From: Ostrea edulis
Taxonomy: Eukaryota
NCBI RefSeq assembly: GCF_947568905.1
Contig: NC_079168.1
Location: 54,250,001-54,314,000 of the forward strand
Direction: 5' to 3'
Length of the DNA stretch: 64,000 nucleotides
The notes beneath the pieces were generated by a model. It searched no databases. It was given only the letters and a program-made list of their open reading frames with translations, and was not told where the DNA came from. Below, piece by piece: positions 63,294 to 64,000 of this stretch (the first letter of the stretch is position 1; the number at the start of each line of letters is the position of its first letter). Made by a program: the position numbers and the translations under genes.

Positions 63294-63411
63294 CTAAAAG
63301 AATAAATATACAAGTACTTGAGTAAAAAGCAAAAATATAAAATACATGCATTGACTCCCTCTCAAGATTGCTTGATATTTTTATGTCATACAAGTTGTCA
63401 GTCAGTTCTTG

Positions 63412-64000
63412 TATGAGGGCGAGTCAAAAAGTAACCAGCTTAACTTATTTTCGGTAGAAATCCACCTCTTCTTTTTCGATGTAATTGCCCTCTAGTGTGA
63501 TGCAATTAAACCAATGGTGTTCAAGTGCCATCAGCCCAGAATTGAAAAAGTCAGGGTCTTTTCCATTGACCCACTCCTCAACTGCTGTCATGACTTCTTC
63601 ATCAGACCGGAAATGATGTCCATGGATATCCTTTGTCAAGTTTGGGAAAAGGTTCAACATAATAACGCCTTTTGCATCCCAAAATACTGTGGCCATCACC
63701 TTGCCAGCAGATGGTTGTGTCTTGGAACGTCTTTGGCCTCGGGGACCCAGGCCCTACCCACTGACGACTCTGAGCTTCATTCTCTGGCTCATAATAATGA
63801 AATCAAATCTCATCTACAGTCACCAGACGCAAAAGAACCTAAAATTCTTCAACAAGGCGCTGCATACTGATGCTCTGGTTGCCATTTGCTCATTGCTAAG
63901 GGATTTGGAGACCCAACAGGCTGTTAGCTTGCGCATACCTAAACGATCATGTAAGATTGTTGGAACGCTACCGTGTGAAATGCCTAATGCCTGCACTATT
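63412..64000 (-). mobile_element. Internally deleted mariner element (continues past the window end)
   Basis: TA + TGAGGGCGAGTCAAAAAGTAACC TIR-like end; LHDRLGMRKLTACWVSKSL, MATVFWDAKGVIM fused directly to LFPNLTK..GHHFRSDEEV. Confidence 0.85.

Overview
AT-rich, intron-rich animal genomic DNA. The repeat families point to an oyster-like bivalve (inference). Three protein-coding genes are supported by splice-site-consistent reading frames. (1) A divergent MAIP1/C2orf47-like mitochondrial gene on the minus strand: ATG 9436, four exons traced, terminal exon not found. (2) A complete 13-exon ARIH1 (Ariadne-1 RBR E3 ligase) on the plus strand: 10460-33767, 512 aa, head-to-head with gene 1 across about 1 kb containing two perfect CRE palindromes. 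(3) The last 13 coding exons (about 1330 aa) of a fibrocystin-L/PKHD1L1-like gene on the minus strand: 63293 to stop 46674, with one GC-AG intron and a 97-aa cytoplasmic tail. The rest is mostly mobile and tandem DNA: Helentron-type HINE-like elements, tRNA-derived SINEs, CR1/L2 and Penelope-like relics, two mariner relics, several MITEs/hairpins and four or five minisatellites. I found no CRISPR array, rRNA, intact tRNA gene or prokaryotic system, and nothing I can defend as a new multi-gene system. The most unusual signals are a 40-bp minisatellite built from the ARIH1 exon-11 splice-acceptor sequence, a four-level transposon nest whose uninterrupted counterparts occur in this same window, a 98-bp hairpin element with a 10-bp target duplication, and the signalling-like tail of the PKHD1L1 homolog. 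All homology calls are from recall and visual alignment; no database search was run.
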